Source: Felis catus
Taxonomy: Eukaryota
Reading direction: 5' to 3'
Assembly (NCBI RefSeq): GCF_018350175.1
Contig: NC_058368.1
Span: 9,548,001-9,612,000, forward strand
Length of the DNA: 64,000 nt
Shown: positions 13,475-25,590 of the stretch, one piece after another
Position numbering within the stretch: the stretch's first letter is position 1
Layout: every line of letters starts with the position of its first letter
The notes under the pieces: generated by a model
What the model saw: the letters and a program-made list of their open reading frames with translations, nothing else
The model's database searches: none
What the model was told of the DNA's origin: nothing
Translations under genes and position numbers: made by a program

Positions 13475-16400
13475 CCAGGACCAGATGACTTCACTGGCAA
13501 ATTCTACCAAACATTTAAAGAACAGTTAACACCAATCCTTCTGAAACTCTTCCAAAAAATCAAAAAGAGGGGACACTTCCAAACTCATTTTACAAGGCCA
13601 GCATTACCCTGATATCAAAGCCTGGTAAGAATACTACAAAAAAACTACAGACTGATATCCCTAATGAATACAAAAATTCTTAACAAAGTATTAGCAAAAT
13701 ATTCCTATTGAATATAAATTCAACGATACATCAAAAGAATGATATACCCTGACCAAATGGGGTTTATCCCTGGGATATCAGGGTGGTTCAACATACACAA
13801 ACCAATAAATGTGATACAACACATTAACAGAAAGAAAAATAAAAATCGTATGATCATCTCAATAGATGAAAAAAAAAAAGCATGTGACAAAATAAAATAG
13901 TCTTTCATGATGAAAACCCTCCATAAATTGGGTACAGAAGGAACACACCTCAACCTAATAAAGGCCTTATACAATTAAGCCCACAACCAACATCATACTT
14001 AACAGTGAAAAATGGAAAATTTCTGCTCTACGATCAGAAACAAGACAAGACTGCCCACTCTCATCATTCTTACTCCGTGTAATACTAGAAGTCCTAGCTA
14101 GTGCAATTGGGCGAGACAAAAAAATAAAAGGCATTCAAATCAGAAATGAAGAAGCAAAAGTTGTCATTATTTGAGGACAATATGATCTTATACATAAAAA
14201 ACTCTAAAAGGCTCAATCAAAATTCTCTTAGAACCAATCAAGAAATTCAGTAAAGTTGCAGGATATAAAGTCAATATACAGCAATCAGTGGTGTTTCTAC
14301 AAACTAACACGGAACCATCTGAAAAAAGAAAGACAACAATCCCATTCACAACAGCATCAAAAACAATAAAATCCTTAGGAATAAATTTAATAACCAAGGA
14401 AGTGACTATCTGTACAATGAAAACTACAAAACTTTAATGAAAGAAACTGAAGAAAATACAAATAAGTGGAAAGACACCCCATGTTTACGGATGGGAAGAC
14501 TAACACTGTTAAAATGTCTATACTACCCAAAGCCATCTACATATTTAACACAATCCCTATCAAAATTCCAATAGTGTTTTTCACAACAATGGGGAAAAAA
14601 ATCTAAAATTTGTATGAAGCCAGAAAGACCACCAATAACCAAAGCAATCATGAGAAAGAACAAAGCCAGAGGCATCACACTTCTGATTTCAAACTATACT
14701 ACAAAGCTTTAGTAATTAAAACAGTAGAGTACTGGGCGCCTGGGTGGCTCGGTCAGCTGAGCATCCAACTTCAGCTCAGGTCATGGTCTCACTGTCCATG
14801 AGTGCAAGCCCCACATCAGGCTCTGCACTGCCAAGTGTGGAGCCTGCTCAGATTTCTTGCTCTCTCCTCTCTCTACCCCTCCCCTGCTTGCGCTTTCTCT
14901 CTCTTTCAAAATAAATAAATAAACTTGAAAAAAAAAAAAACAAAACAGTACAGTACTGTCATAAAAACACATACAAAGACTAATGGGACAGAACACAGAG
15001 TATAGAAATAAACCCTTGCATTTATGGTTAACTAATATTTGACAAGAGAACCAAGAATACTCAATGGGGAAAGAATAGTTTCTTCGACAAATGGTGTTGA
15101 GGAAGTTGGATAACCACAGGCAGAAAAATAAAATTGGACACCTATCTTATACCATTCACAAAAATGAACTCAAACTAGATTTAAAAGACTTAAACATAAG
15201 ATGTGATATTGTAAAACTCATAGAAGAAAACATGGAAAGAAACTCCTCGACATTGGTCTTGGCAATGATTTTTTGGATTGGACATCAAAAGCAAAAGTCA
15301 AGTGAAACTACATCAAACTAAAAAGCTTCTACACAGAAAAAAACAAGTCAAGAATGAAAAGGCAGCCTACTGAATGGGAAAAAATACTTGCAAACCATAT
15401 ATTGGGTAATGGATTAATATTCAAAATACATAAAGAACTCATACAACTCAACAACAACAAAATCCAATTAAAAATGGGCAGAGGAACAAAAATAAGTATT
15501 TCTCCAAATGAGACATACAAAATGGCCGATGGGTACAGAAAAAAAATGTTCATTACTACTAATTATCAAGAAAATGCAAATCAAAACCCCTATGAGATAT
15601 CACCTCACACCTGTTGGAATGGCCCTCATCAAGAAGAAAAAGGCAAGTGTTGGCAAAAATGTGGAAAAAAGAGAACCTTTATTCACTGATAATGGGAATG
15701 CAAATTGGTTCAGCCACCGTGGAAAACAGTATGGAGGTTCTTTAAAAAAATTAAAAATAGATCTACCAAATGATCCAGCCATTCCACTGCTGGGTACATA
15801 TCCAAAGGAAATAAAAACAGGATACGGAAGAGATATACGCACTCCCATGTTGACTGCAGAATTATTCACAATAGCCAAGCTATGGAAACCATCTAAGTGT
15901 TTGCTGATTTGGTGGAATATTACTCAGCCATGAGAAAGGAGGAAATCTTGCCATCCGTAGCAACATGGATGGACCTTGAGGGCATTATGCTAAGTGAGAT
16001 AAGTCACACAGAAAAAGACAAACACTGTATGATATCACTTATACCTGGACTCTGTAAAAACCAAAATTGTAACAACAGAGAGTTAAACACCAGGGGCTGA
16101 GAATTGGGAAGATGCTTAAGGGTACAAACTTGCAACCAGTAGATAAATAAGTCCTGGAAATCTAACATACAGCATAGAGGTAATATACAACAATACTGTA
16201 TTACAATTTTCGAAGGTGCTAAGAGACTAAATCTCAATTGTTTCCCCCCCCACACAGACAAACACGAAAGACAATTATGTGACACGATGGAGGTGGAAGC
16301 TAATGCTATCATGTAATCAAACTGCCATATATATACATATCTCAAATCAACACATTCTACGCCTTAGCTTCTATAATGTTACATTTTAACATACCTAAAT
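13475..16400 (+). mobile_element. 5'-truncated LINE-1 (ORF2 RT/C-terminus plus 3'UTR), degenerate, with a SINE at 14733-14945
   Basis: ORF2 fragments [31 protein letters not shown] and ATWMDLEGIMLSEIS, with many stops and frameshifts. Confidence 0.92.
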
Positions 16401-17886
16401 AAGGTTATTTTCAGCCTTTAGCTGTAAACTAGAAGTATATTTCTGAATGAATGCCTTTCAGAAAAAGACTGAGGTATTTTGTTACACATACATACATAAA
16501 ATCTTCAAGTGCTGATCAATCAAAATGCCATTATTTCTTTTTTTCGGTACTTACTTTGGGACTTCCATGGTAACAACCCTATGACTCCCGAAATGTTGAC
16601 TTTGGAGAGATAAGGGTTATCTTAATCCAAAACACCTGAGAGTGGTTACATCTGCAAAGAGGGCTACGTTGTTGCAGACTTTAGAGAAGAATCATCATCT
16701 AGTGTTTTTATGATGGGAATCATAAAATTATCTGCAAGTCTGTGGAAAAAACCCTGAAGGAGTAAATTAACCACTTTTCACAGTTTTTTAAATGCTTTTA
16801 GAAAATTCTGAGATCAACAAGTTAATCACATGATCACAGCTACTGACCGAAAGGAAACTTATTTTGTATGATGCAACACTCTGGTCCCAACAGCACTTCA
16901 CAATCGGAAAGCCAGAAAGACCTAAACTCAGATCCTGGTCTAGCTCAGCTTATAGGTGAGGGTCTCTCGGGTCTCAGTTTCCTCACTTGTGAAATTAATG
17001 GACTTATTCATTCGATGTCGGTTGAATGCCTACTATGTATCGAACACTGTTTTAGCAACAGAAGTCTGTTGTTCATAATTCGTTTTGAGACAATAAAAAC
17101 ATGGCCCTTGCCCTAGCAAAGCTCCTAATTTTGTGAAGAGACAAAGAAATGCAATGTGCTAACTGCTATGAACAAACTGCTGTGCTTGAGCAAACTGAGA
17201 AAGGCTGCAGAGAGAAAACACAGTTGAGCTGAGACTCGAACAATGAATATGAATTGCTCAGATGGGGATTATGGGAATCCCCTGAAGAAAACAAACTGGG
17301 CAAAGACAAAAAGACAGGAAAAAACAAGACTAGACGGGTTTAATGTAGATGATGCGTAGGCTGGGCACCAGGGAGATAAAATTTAGAGTATCATAGACCA
17401 CACTGGGGAATCTGACCTTTAACTTTTAAGGAATGATAAGGTTCCTTCTACATTATGATTCTGGAAACTGGCTGCAGGCCCAACCAGATGAATCCAATCG
17501 GTCCACCATTTCATCTAAAGCTGTCAGAATCTTCTAAAGCAAAAAAAAAGTTTTAAAACAAAAAAGCCATCCGAGCTTTGATGCTGATAGGAAATCTAAA
17601 AGACCTCACTCACTTAACTGGTAAATTTTAGGACTAGCAGATTTCCATTGTTATGATTAGAGTAGTCAAACATTCTAAAAGCAAGATATATGACAAATGA
17701 TTTACTTCTATTCTACATCAAATATAAACTCTATATAAACGGAGAGGTGTGAAAATTGTAAACAAGTATTAAATTTACATACCCCCAAAATATTTTCCAT
17801 ACTTTGTTTAAATAAGGCTTCGCTCTCTTCATTGGAATATCAGTTACCTATAAAAGTACCCAAAGAGACTACAAGGTCCCATTTAC

Positions 17887-18047
17887 CTGTGTTCTGCAGG
17901 TACAGGGGGCGGCCAAACAGCAGGATCTCTAAATGGCTCATCTTGACAGGACACAGGGAAATCTGGGGGCTTGTCAATTTTAAAACTTTCCAAAGTGCTG
18001 ACAATACTTTTAACTTGTTCATATTCTTCCAGTAATTCCTGCCGAAC
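17887..18047 (-). CDS. KATNAL1: KATNAL1 second coding exon VRQELLEEYEQVKSIVSTLESFKIDKPPDFPVSCQDEPFRDPAVWPPPVPAEH(R)
   Basis: Manual translation of the minus strand. Acceptor ccttttaag|GTT, donor CACAG|gtaaat. 161 nt, in frame with the previous exon, ends in phase 2. Missed by the ORF track. Confidence 0.97.
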
Positions 18048-18551
18048 CTTAAAAGGAAATAATCTTTACGCTAGAAACTGTTTACGGTTTACATGAATGG
18101 CAAATAACAAATTGCTACTGAATGCAAGTTTTCTCAATATCAAAGTATGCAAAATGGATCATTAAAACATTAAAAAAACAAAGAACCATGTAAAGTAATA
18201 TAGATAGAGGGCAGGAATTGGACTGAAAAAAGACATTATGCACCTTTTTGTAAGGGAAGTAGTCATGATTTTTTCAAAATGGAACTCTATTTCTACCAAT
18301 GAATGTGATGACCATTAATATAATTTAAAACAAGCAGTAAGGCAGTAACAAGGTAACCATTCCCCGAAATCTAAAATGTTATGCTAAATCCTTTTAATAT
18401 GTTTGTAAAATAGCTATCAGCCAGAATACTATCAGCCAGAATTTTCACCAGCATTAGGAAATGCTAACTCCGAATATCACTAAGTATGAAATGCCTATTA
18501 TGAGCATCTGAAAACCTGAAATGGTGTAATACTAAGCATTACGCAATTCCA

Positions 18552-18751
18552 TTTTTTTTTTAAGTTTATTTATTTTGAGAGAGAAAGAGAGAACGAGCAT
18601 GGGAGGGGCAGAAAGAGAGGGGGAAAGAGGATCTGAAGTGGGCTCTGTGCTGACAGCAGAGAGCCGGATGTGGGGCTTGAACTCACTAACCGTCAGATCA
18701 AGACCTGAGCCGAAGCAGGACGCTTACCCGACTGAGTCACCCAGACGCCCC
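18552..18751 (-). mobile_element. CanSINE in intron 2
   Basis: SINEC motifs on the minus strand. Confidence 0.88.
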
Positions 18752-20036
18752 TCCGATTTTTATTTACATTCTCCTTCACCTAAAACCTGAATTCTTCTGG
18801 CCTTGTTTAAATTCTTTCAAGTGTTGGATAAAGTTCATTTTGAGTTCAAAGGCAAGATTTTTTCCCTCATTTAAAAAACTTCACTGAGTTCCTACTACAT
18901 GGAACTTCTTGTGTTTTCGAACTTTGAGACCAAACTAATTTTCAAAGGCAAATAGATAATAGATTGAAAATTATATTTATAAATTCCTTTTAACAATTCT
19001 AATTTGTTTTTTGACCAGAAAGCATACTTTACTGTAGAGAAAAGAAAAATCTAGATAAAATTCAACTGCTAATATATGCTATTATATACTTGGAGAAATA
19101 AAATTACAGAACCTAAGGGAAATGAACCATAAAAATAAATGAACAGAAATGGTCACTATTTAACACAATTAAGGAATTGTCAAAAATATTTCCGTGCTAG
19201 ATTAACAAACCACTCTTGCCTGTGGCTACTGTGCAGATAGCACACAACTACAAATTTCAACTGGAGTTAAAGCAAGTATATTGTTCTCACTCAACATAAT
19301 TTGGTAACGCTTAAGTCAGAAAATAAGTCAAATTGACCCTGAAACCTTAGTGAAATATCAATTTCTGACATGGAAAAATTAGAAGAAACACTTGAAAGGC
19401 ATTAGTACATTAAAGAGAAACTTCAAAGAAATGCTTGACTTTGTACTTTTAATTTTAAAAGGATTTTAAGTTTTAAGACTAAGTGGGGAAATTCTAATTC
19501 AAGTTTTTATTAACTGTACTATTATATAATCAAGTTGTACAGTCAAGAGACACAGCAAATATATTAGCTTTATTAGATTATTGATTCCTTTGTATTTGTA
19601 GGGAGTCTTTCAAAATACTCTTTTAAGAAGGAGGAAACTTTCTTAAAGGAAAAGTTTTGTGAAATGGGTCAAAACTCCATGGAAAAATGAAAGGGAAAAG
19701 GGTGAGTAGAAATACCTTATATCAAAAATTTATAAACACACACAACTAGGTGACTGATCATGAAAATTAAAAAAATTACAAGTCGATTCCATGACAATTA
19801 AGTATCTGCAAAATATGCCTCATGAAAGATATTATCAAAAATATTCACCAGGCAAGACAAAATTATTCAGAGTACATTTTAAATACATTTCAGTATTCAG
19901 ACAAATAAGAAACAACTATTTACAAAACCTCCAACTAATAGTCCAACGGTCTATACTCCAACTAACAGTCCTCCAACGGTCCAGCTCTGGTCTCTCAAGT
20001 ATAATAAACTATTACCCTCACCTGAGCGTGTCTTAC

Positions 20037-20198
20037 CTGTTGCCATTTGCCTTTGACAGCCGGGTCTCTGACTGATTGGCAATGTCTCTGAATCTGCTGT
20101 ATCACCCCCTGGTAATATACCATTGATGAGTCATAGTTTCCAAGAAGTGCAAATTCTCTTCCTTTCTTTGCATTGTCACAAATCTCAGCCAAATTCAT
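20037..20198 (-). CDS. KATNAL1: KATNAL1 first coding exon, MIT-domain N-terminus MNLAEICDNAKKGREFALLGNYDSSMVYYQGVIQQIQRHCQSVRDPAVKGKWQQ (whole exon 20037-20212, including 14 nt of 5'UTR)
   Basis: Peptide recognised as the katanin p60 A-like 1 N-terminus. Acceptor ctctttag| lies before 20212, the ATG is at 20198 and the donor CAG|gtaaga follows 20037. 162 nt coding, phase 0. Confidence 0.97.
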
Positions 20199-20297
20199 CT
20201 TCTTGAAGAGAACTAAAGAGAACACATAAGGTCTTCTTATTAAGTTTTCAGCACCAACTTTAGAACATTTTTTCTTATTCTTTAAAATATCTGCTTA

Positions 20298-20440
20298 GGG
20301 GTGCCTGGGTGGCTCAGTCGGTTGAGCATCTGACTTTAGCTCAGGTCATAATCTCACGGATCATGGGTTCCAGCCCCACATCCGGCACTGTGCTAACAGA
20401 AAAAAAAAAAAAAATAAAAAAAAATTAAATTAAAAAAAAA
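20298..20440 (+). mobile_element. Short CanSINE about 85 bp from the exon 2 acceptor
   Basis: SINE head followed directly by an A tail; TSD tatctgctta. Confidence 0.88.
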
Positions 20441-20790
20441 GTATCTGCTTAAAAGTACTTTTCAAAGTCAAAATGGTTCTCTCATTCTTTGAGGTTATCT
20501 GAATGCATCTTATAATACTGAGCAGAGTTTCTAATTTTGGAAGCACAAAGGAGATCATAAAAGAACACCCAAGAAGATAACACAGAAATTACACAGCTCT
20601 GAACTACTGGTTTATGTTACAGGTACATAAATTGGACACTAGTTTTCCCGTTTATAATTACCACAAGCTGTAACTACAATAAAGATGAGCTTGATTTTAT
20701 TCAATTTATTTTTGACGATGTAGAAACATATAACTGCAGAAATTAGTTCTCCCTAAAACATTTTGGCCCCCAAAACAAAAGGTCGTACTT

Positions 20791-21703
20791 TCTTTTTCTT
20801 TTTGGAAAGACAAAATGTTTTATTTTAAAACCCTGGAAAAGCTATTGAAAAGACAAATATCCATTATATAACCATGAACGTTAAATATCTGGAAACTGTC
20901 AATCTTCAAAAAGGTGGTAGGCACTTCCAAAGAGCTAAATATTGCAAATTATTCTACCGTATGTCTTCTCTATTATCAACAGTACTTGATGTGATGTAAA
21001 ATACCAAGAAGACTCAACTAATTATTCAGTCTCCATCTTAGGGTTCAATTCAATTACCCAAGTAAAAGATTTGTCCAAGATGTTCCTGTCACAAGAAACT
21101 TCTGGATGAATTTCAAAAAGGTTCACTAAAGGATCTTCCTTTGTTTATTACTGTACTGTTGGTTACTGGCCACTACAAATGCCGGTTCTAGGCCAGCCCA
21201 AGGGTCTTCAAGCATTGAAGGCTTGAAATAACTTTCCAACTCATTAGACATTCTTTTTTGTCTACCACGATCCAAATGGTGTAGATGTCCTTGGAGAACC
21301 CTGGGGGTGAGGCTGCTGCTCCCGTGGGGAATAGCCAAATTGCTGCTGGGACCCCGCGGGGTACTTAGAATAAGGAGTGAGGGCAGCCGCCAGGGGACGC
21401 CAGGGAATGGAGACCCAAATCAGCCTCCCACCCCCCAGGAAGCTGCCGCCCTGGGGCAGAGGGTGGCTGCTCCCTTTGGGCCTTGATCCTTGATCGGGGC
21501 AGAATGGTGGCGTGTGTTGCGGATTCCCGTAAGGTCCCGAAGGGAGGGCGGCCGCGGTTCGCCTCCAAGCGGGGTAACCCGGAAGCTGCTCAAACTACCC
21601 CAACCTCCTACACCCACGCCAGGGTAGGGAGCAGTCGGGGTCAAAAATTCTGTCGGTGCATATCAGGAGACGACGATGAAGACCTCACTGCCACGTTCTC
21701 CCC
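20791..21703 (-). pseudogene. MPLKIP: Processed pseudogene (retrocopy) of MPLKIP/TTDN1 in KATNAL1 intron 1
   Basis: Fragments [31 protein letters not shown] and KRMSNELESYFKPSMLEDPWAGLEP match MPLKIP. ATG at 21661 with TGA at codon 7 plus frameshifts. The parental exon junction is contiguous near 21300. AATAAA at 20819-20824, A-rich tail at about 20791-20803, degenerate TSD caaaaggtcgtactt (20776-20790) / caaaaagtcacactt (21704-21718). Confidence 0.93.
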
Positions 21704-22719
21704 CAAAAAGTCACACTTAAGGAAGACATTTTAAAGGAACATCTTGTAGTGTGGTCCATGCATCGTTTATACGTATTTACTTGTCCCATACAACTGAAAT
21801 CTAAGCAAAAACCTGTGAATGAAACTACCTGAGCCCCTTTTGCTCCTCAAATTGTGATCTTCTATGATCTCATCATTCTCTATAGCTTCCTGTCTGTGCA
21901 AATAACTATCATTTTTCTTTCCCCTTCTACAGATGCTAGGAAGAACATCGTCTGACCTTCTGGTTTCTACCAAAGCTCTCGGGCCCGGTAATTCTAGCTT
22001 TTCTTCCTGGCTTCCCAAAAGTCTCCCAGAATCATCCAAGGGCTCCAAATGCCAAGTCACTTGCCACTAAAGACTACAAATTGGGGGGAGTTCAGAGATA
22101 TAGACGAACGGCATCCTGGAGGAGTCCAAATTGCCCTGCTTACTTTCCAAAACAGTAAACCAAAAGATCCACTTAGTAGAGAACATCAAAGTATTTCTCC
22201 ACGCCTTTCTGCGGCAATTAAATTCCTGTGTGCGCTTGGCTTTCTCTCTACGTCTTATTTATTCTTAAGGAGCTCAAAAACCCCTCCTCAAAATTAAGCA
22301 CATCTAGTTCTAGGCATTTCAACGGACTCCAGTACATTCTTAAAAATAAAGCTGTTTCCTTTATGTGTTTTGATTGATTATTAGTCCCTTCCCCCAGCAT
22401 AAGTTCCTTGAAGGCAGCATCTGTGTTGCTTTAGAATTACACCACAACAAAAGGTACACTAGCTTTGCACAGTCAGAAACTTCAGCATTTAACAGATCTA
22501 GCCACAGAACACAGGGCAACCGGGCAAAGCCTCTTCTTCAAACTAGAACATTAACACAAAGCAATAAGATCTCATACTGAATGAGCTGTAATTAGTAAGT
22601 CCGGTAAGGAAAAAAAAAAAAAAAAAAAAAGCTGTTCCATATATTATTTTCTTTTAAAAGCATTAATTCTGCTAATATGTGCTGTCACACAACTATGCAG
22701 GATAAAAATATCTTCATGT

Positions 22720-22845
22720 AGGGGCCGCCTGGGTGGCTCAGTCAGTTAAGCATCCAACTCTTGATTTCAGCTCAGGTCATGATCTCATGGTCATGAGATA
22801 GAGCCCCATGATTCTCTCTACTTCTGTTCTCCCTATTCCCGAATG

Positions 22846-22880
<35 letters not shown>

Positions 22881-22890
22881 AAAATAAAAA
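22720..22890 (+). mobile_element. CanSINE (internally shortened)
   Basis: SINEC head and (CT)n tail. Confidence 0.85.
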
Positions 22891-22909
22891 CCAATATCTT
22901 GATGTAAAG

Positions 22910-25095
22910 CAAGGGTCAGCAAACTTTTTGTATAAAGAATCAGACAGTAAACATTGTAGGTTATAGTAATAACCGTTGAGTGCAACTTGTTATAAAACCA
23001 GTCTCCTAGTAAGAATGAAGTTCTTTTGGGGGGATAATATTTCACTTAGTTGAGATTCAAAATTAGCGTTCCCTCTAATCAAAATCAACTGCAAACGTTC
23101 ATATGGTAATGCTACTTTCTAAATAAGAATGTATGTATTTCACGTTTGAAGGTGTCTTTTTACCCTGAAAGGTGCTGGGCCGTCACATACACACGATTTC
23201 AATTCAGCATATTCATTGTTTGGAAGATACCTACAGACTTCATTCTTCTCTTAATATTTGTCTTTCATCTTTCAGTATGTCCTTCCACTGCAGATCAATC
23301 ACCTCCAATCGGAGGTTAAGGTGGGTGCAAATGCCTCAACCACACAACGAAATGGATTTTGTAATAGGGTCGTTTCCTCTGCACTTACATCAAAGTCTGA
23401 GACCGAGCTCAGAAAATACGTCTACTGCAACCCTGCGTGGGAACGGCGGCTTCGTTTTCTTTGCCTTAACTTCTGACGGCCTGCAAAGCTATCTAAAACA
23501 GCTTAATGTTATTTGTGATTCAAACAACACTAGCTTGCATCGAAATCACTTTTCATTTTGCATATAAGCACGGTTTGGCTTATCATTTTCGATTGAATAC
23601 TTTAAGAAACATGACCAGGTCTGCAGCAAAAACTGACTTCCAAAGCCATTCGGTGTTCAAGCACAGTGGTTGAGAGCAGTTCTTCTCATTCAGAAAGATC
23701 TCAAATCAGCCCAAACCTCAAAAGACTGGAATAGAATTTTACTGCTACTACTAGGCCACTGAACTGCAATGTGGTGGGGCAAGTCAGGGTTTTCGGCTTC
23801 TACTTCTGATCAAAATTCACGCAGCTAACAATGACTAAGTCCACAGGAGCAACACGACCAGTTCTGTATTTCATGCTACACTCAAATGTTCTCTGCAAAA
23901 TACCTGCTGATAAATACAATAAATAACCCTGTATTTTAGCCACTTTACATTTCCACAGTTTCGTAAATTTGCTCACCTAAGCCGTTTTCTGTTAGAGACA
24001 TATTTTTACTTCCATCAATTGTAACGCATCTTAACCGATCCCACCTCTCGGGTCATACAAAATTAGTGTTTTCTGAACTTTTTGTAAATATTTTTGTCAG
24101 CAGTTATTCCACGAGCACTATCATTACAACTAATTCTTCAAAAACTTCAAGCTTTGACTTGACTTCTTGAATAACAATAACTGAGCTGTATTGGTAACCT
24201 CTGCCAATCCGCAAAAGCCAGGGAAAACCACTCGAAATCATTCGCTTTGTTTTTTAATTGATTATTAATGTTCTCAACCCTTGCAGCAACTGTTCTTGCC
24301 AAAAGGCTAATAGCTTTAAACAAGTTTATTCTCTCCAGACACATTTCTTTGGCTACTACAATCAAAGGCGATTTAGTTAAGGCACCATCAGTAGTAAATG
24401 ACTTCCTTACTTGACTAACAAATGAAATACTCAGAAACTTAATCTGGTTACAGTCTGATTTTCATTTTTAATAATCTTGTGAAGAAATTCTGCTGTGGTT
24501 AAGATGTTCCTTTTTCAATTTTCTAATTTTTCTGGCCATTGTCTTTCTGTGAGTTGGGAACATTGTGATGAGTGATTAGTCTGGTAAATGTCAGCATATA
24601 CTGTATTTCCTTAGCGCAGCTATAGTCTCACCGCATAATAATCAATGCTTTGTCATCCAATTTGATAATCTATACTATACTATACAAATCTAGTGTACTT
24701 TAGAAGTGTCACATGTTGGAGCACCTGGGTGGCTTAGCCAGTTGAGCGTCTGACTCTTAATTTCGACTCAGGTCATGATCTCACGGGACTCCACGGGTTG
24801 TGGGATCAAGCCTCACATCGCTGAGCTTAGGATTCTCCCTCTTTCTCCCTCTGCCCCTCTTCCCCATGTGTGCATGCTCTCACTCTAAAATAAAAAATTA
24901 AAATTAAAAAAAATAATAATAATAGGGGCACCTGGGTGGTTCAGTAGGTTAAGCGTCTGACTTCAGCTCAGGTCATGATCTCACAGTTCATGGGTTCAAA
25001 CCCACCATCCGGCTCTGTGCTGACAGCTCGGAGCCTGGAGTCTGCTTTGGATTCTGTGTCTCCCTCTCTCCCTGCCCCTCCCCTGCTCATACTCT

Positions 25096-25135
<40 letters not shown>

Positions 25136-25590
25136 AAACATTAAAAAAAAATGTTTTTAATAAAAATAAAAATATAACATGTCAAGTCCATTTTTCTCAT
25201 CTTTTGTTTCAACATGATGGGTACGTGCTGATAATAAAGTAGAATGTCACAGTACAATGATATACAAGGTACGTGAAACAGTGATTATAGTGCACCCAAG
25301 TAGTGCAAAACAGTGAGAAAGTCACAAAATCTCAGTCCCAATGACTCAAGCTCACAAAAGCAGCCATAAAGAATATGTAAACAAGCGTGTGTGCCTGTGT
25401 TCAAATAGACCTTTATTTATGGACACTGATAACAGAATTTCATTTAATTTCCACACGTCACAAAACAGTATTCTTCTTTTGACTTTTTTAACCATTAAAA
25501 AAAATGCAAAAACCATTCTCAGTTCATAAGCCATTCAAAAACAAGTGGCAGTCTGGATACGGCCCCTCGATTGTATTTTGCTGAGCCCTG
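22910..25590 (-). mobile_element. Near full-length fossil hAT-Charlie DNA transposon (Cheshire/MER58 type) with decayed transposase, interrupted by two SINEs
   Basis: TIRs caagggtcagcaaac (from 22910) and ttttgctgagccctg (to 25590), with MER58-like subterminal sequence. Minus-strand transposase remnants LFKAISLLARTVAARVENI..QLKNKANDFEWFSLA, DLPHHIAVQWPS (cf. YHT-VRWLS) and EWLWKSVFAADL. Confidence 0.85.
24718..25175 (+). mobile_element. Two tandem CanSINEs inside the hAT element
   Basis: Two SINEC heads, at about 24718 and about 24925. Confidence 0.9.

Noticed and set aside
19928..19981. Imperfect short tandem duplication after exon 2 (similar ones near 18414, 27023 and 34944)
   Set aside because: Ordinary slippage duplications of two units; no evidence of function.
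19995..20225. 76-aa ORF taken as a complete protein
   Set aside because: Only 20037-20198 is coding; the flanking parts are 5'UTR or intron read through splice sites.
21126..21661. Functional MPLKIP retrogene
   Set aside because: Stop at codon 7, several frameshifts and a C-terminal deletion.
23172..24365. Domesticated transposase gene (GTF2IRD2/EPM2AIP1/ZBED-like)
   Set aside because: The reading frame is fragmented by stops, frameshifts and SINE insertions and is bounded by TIRs, so it is a fossil transposon. The + strand ORFs are antisense noise.
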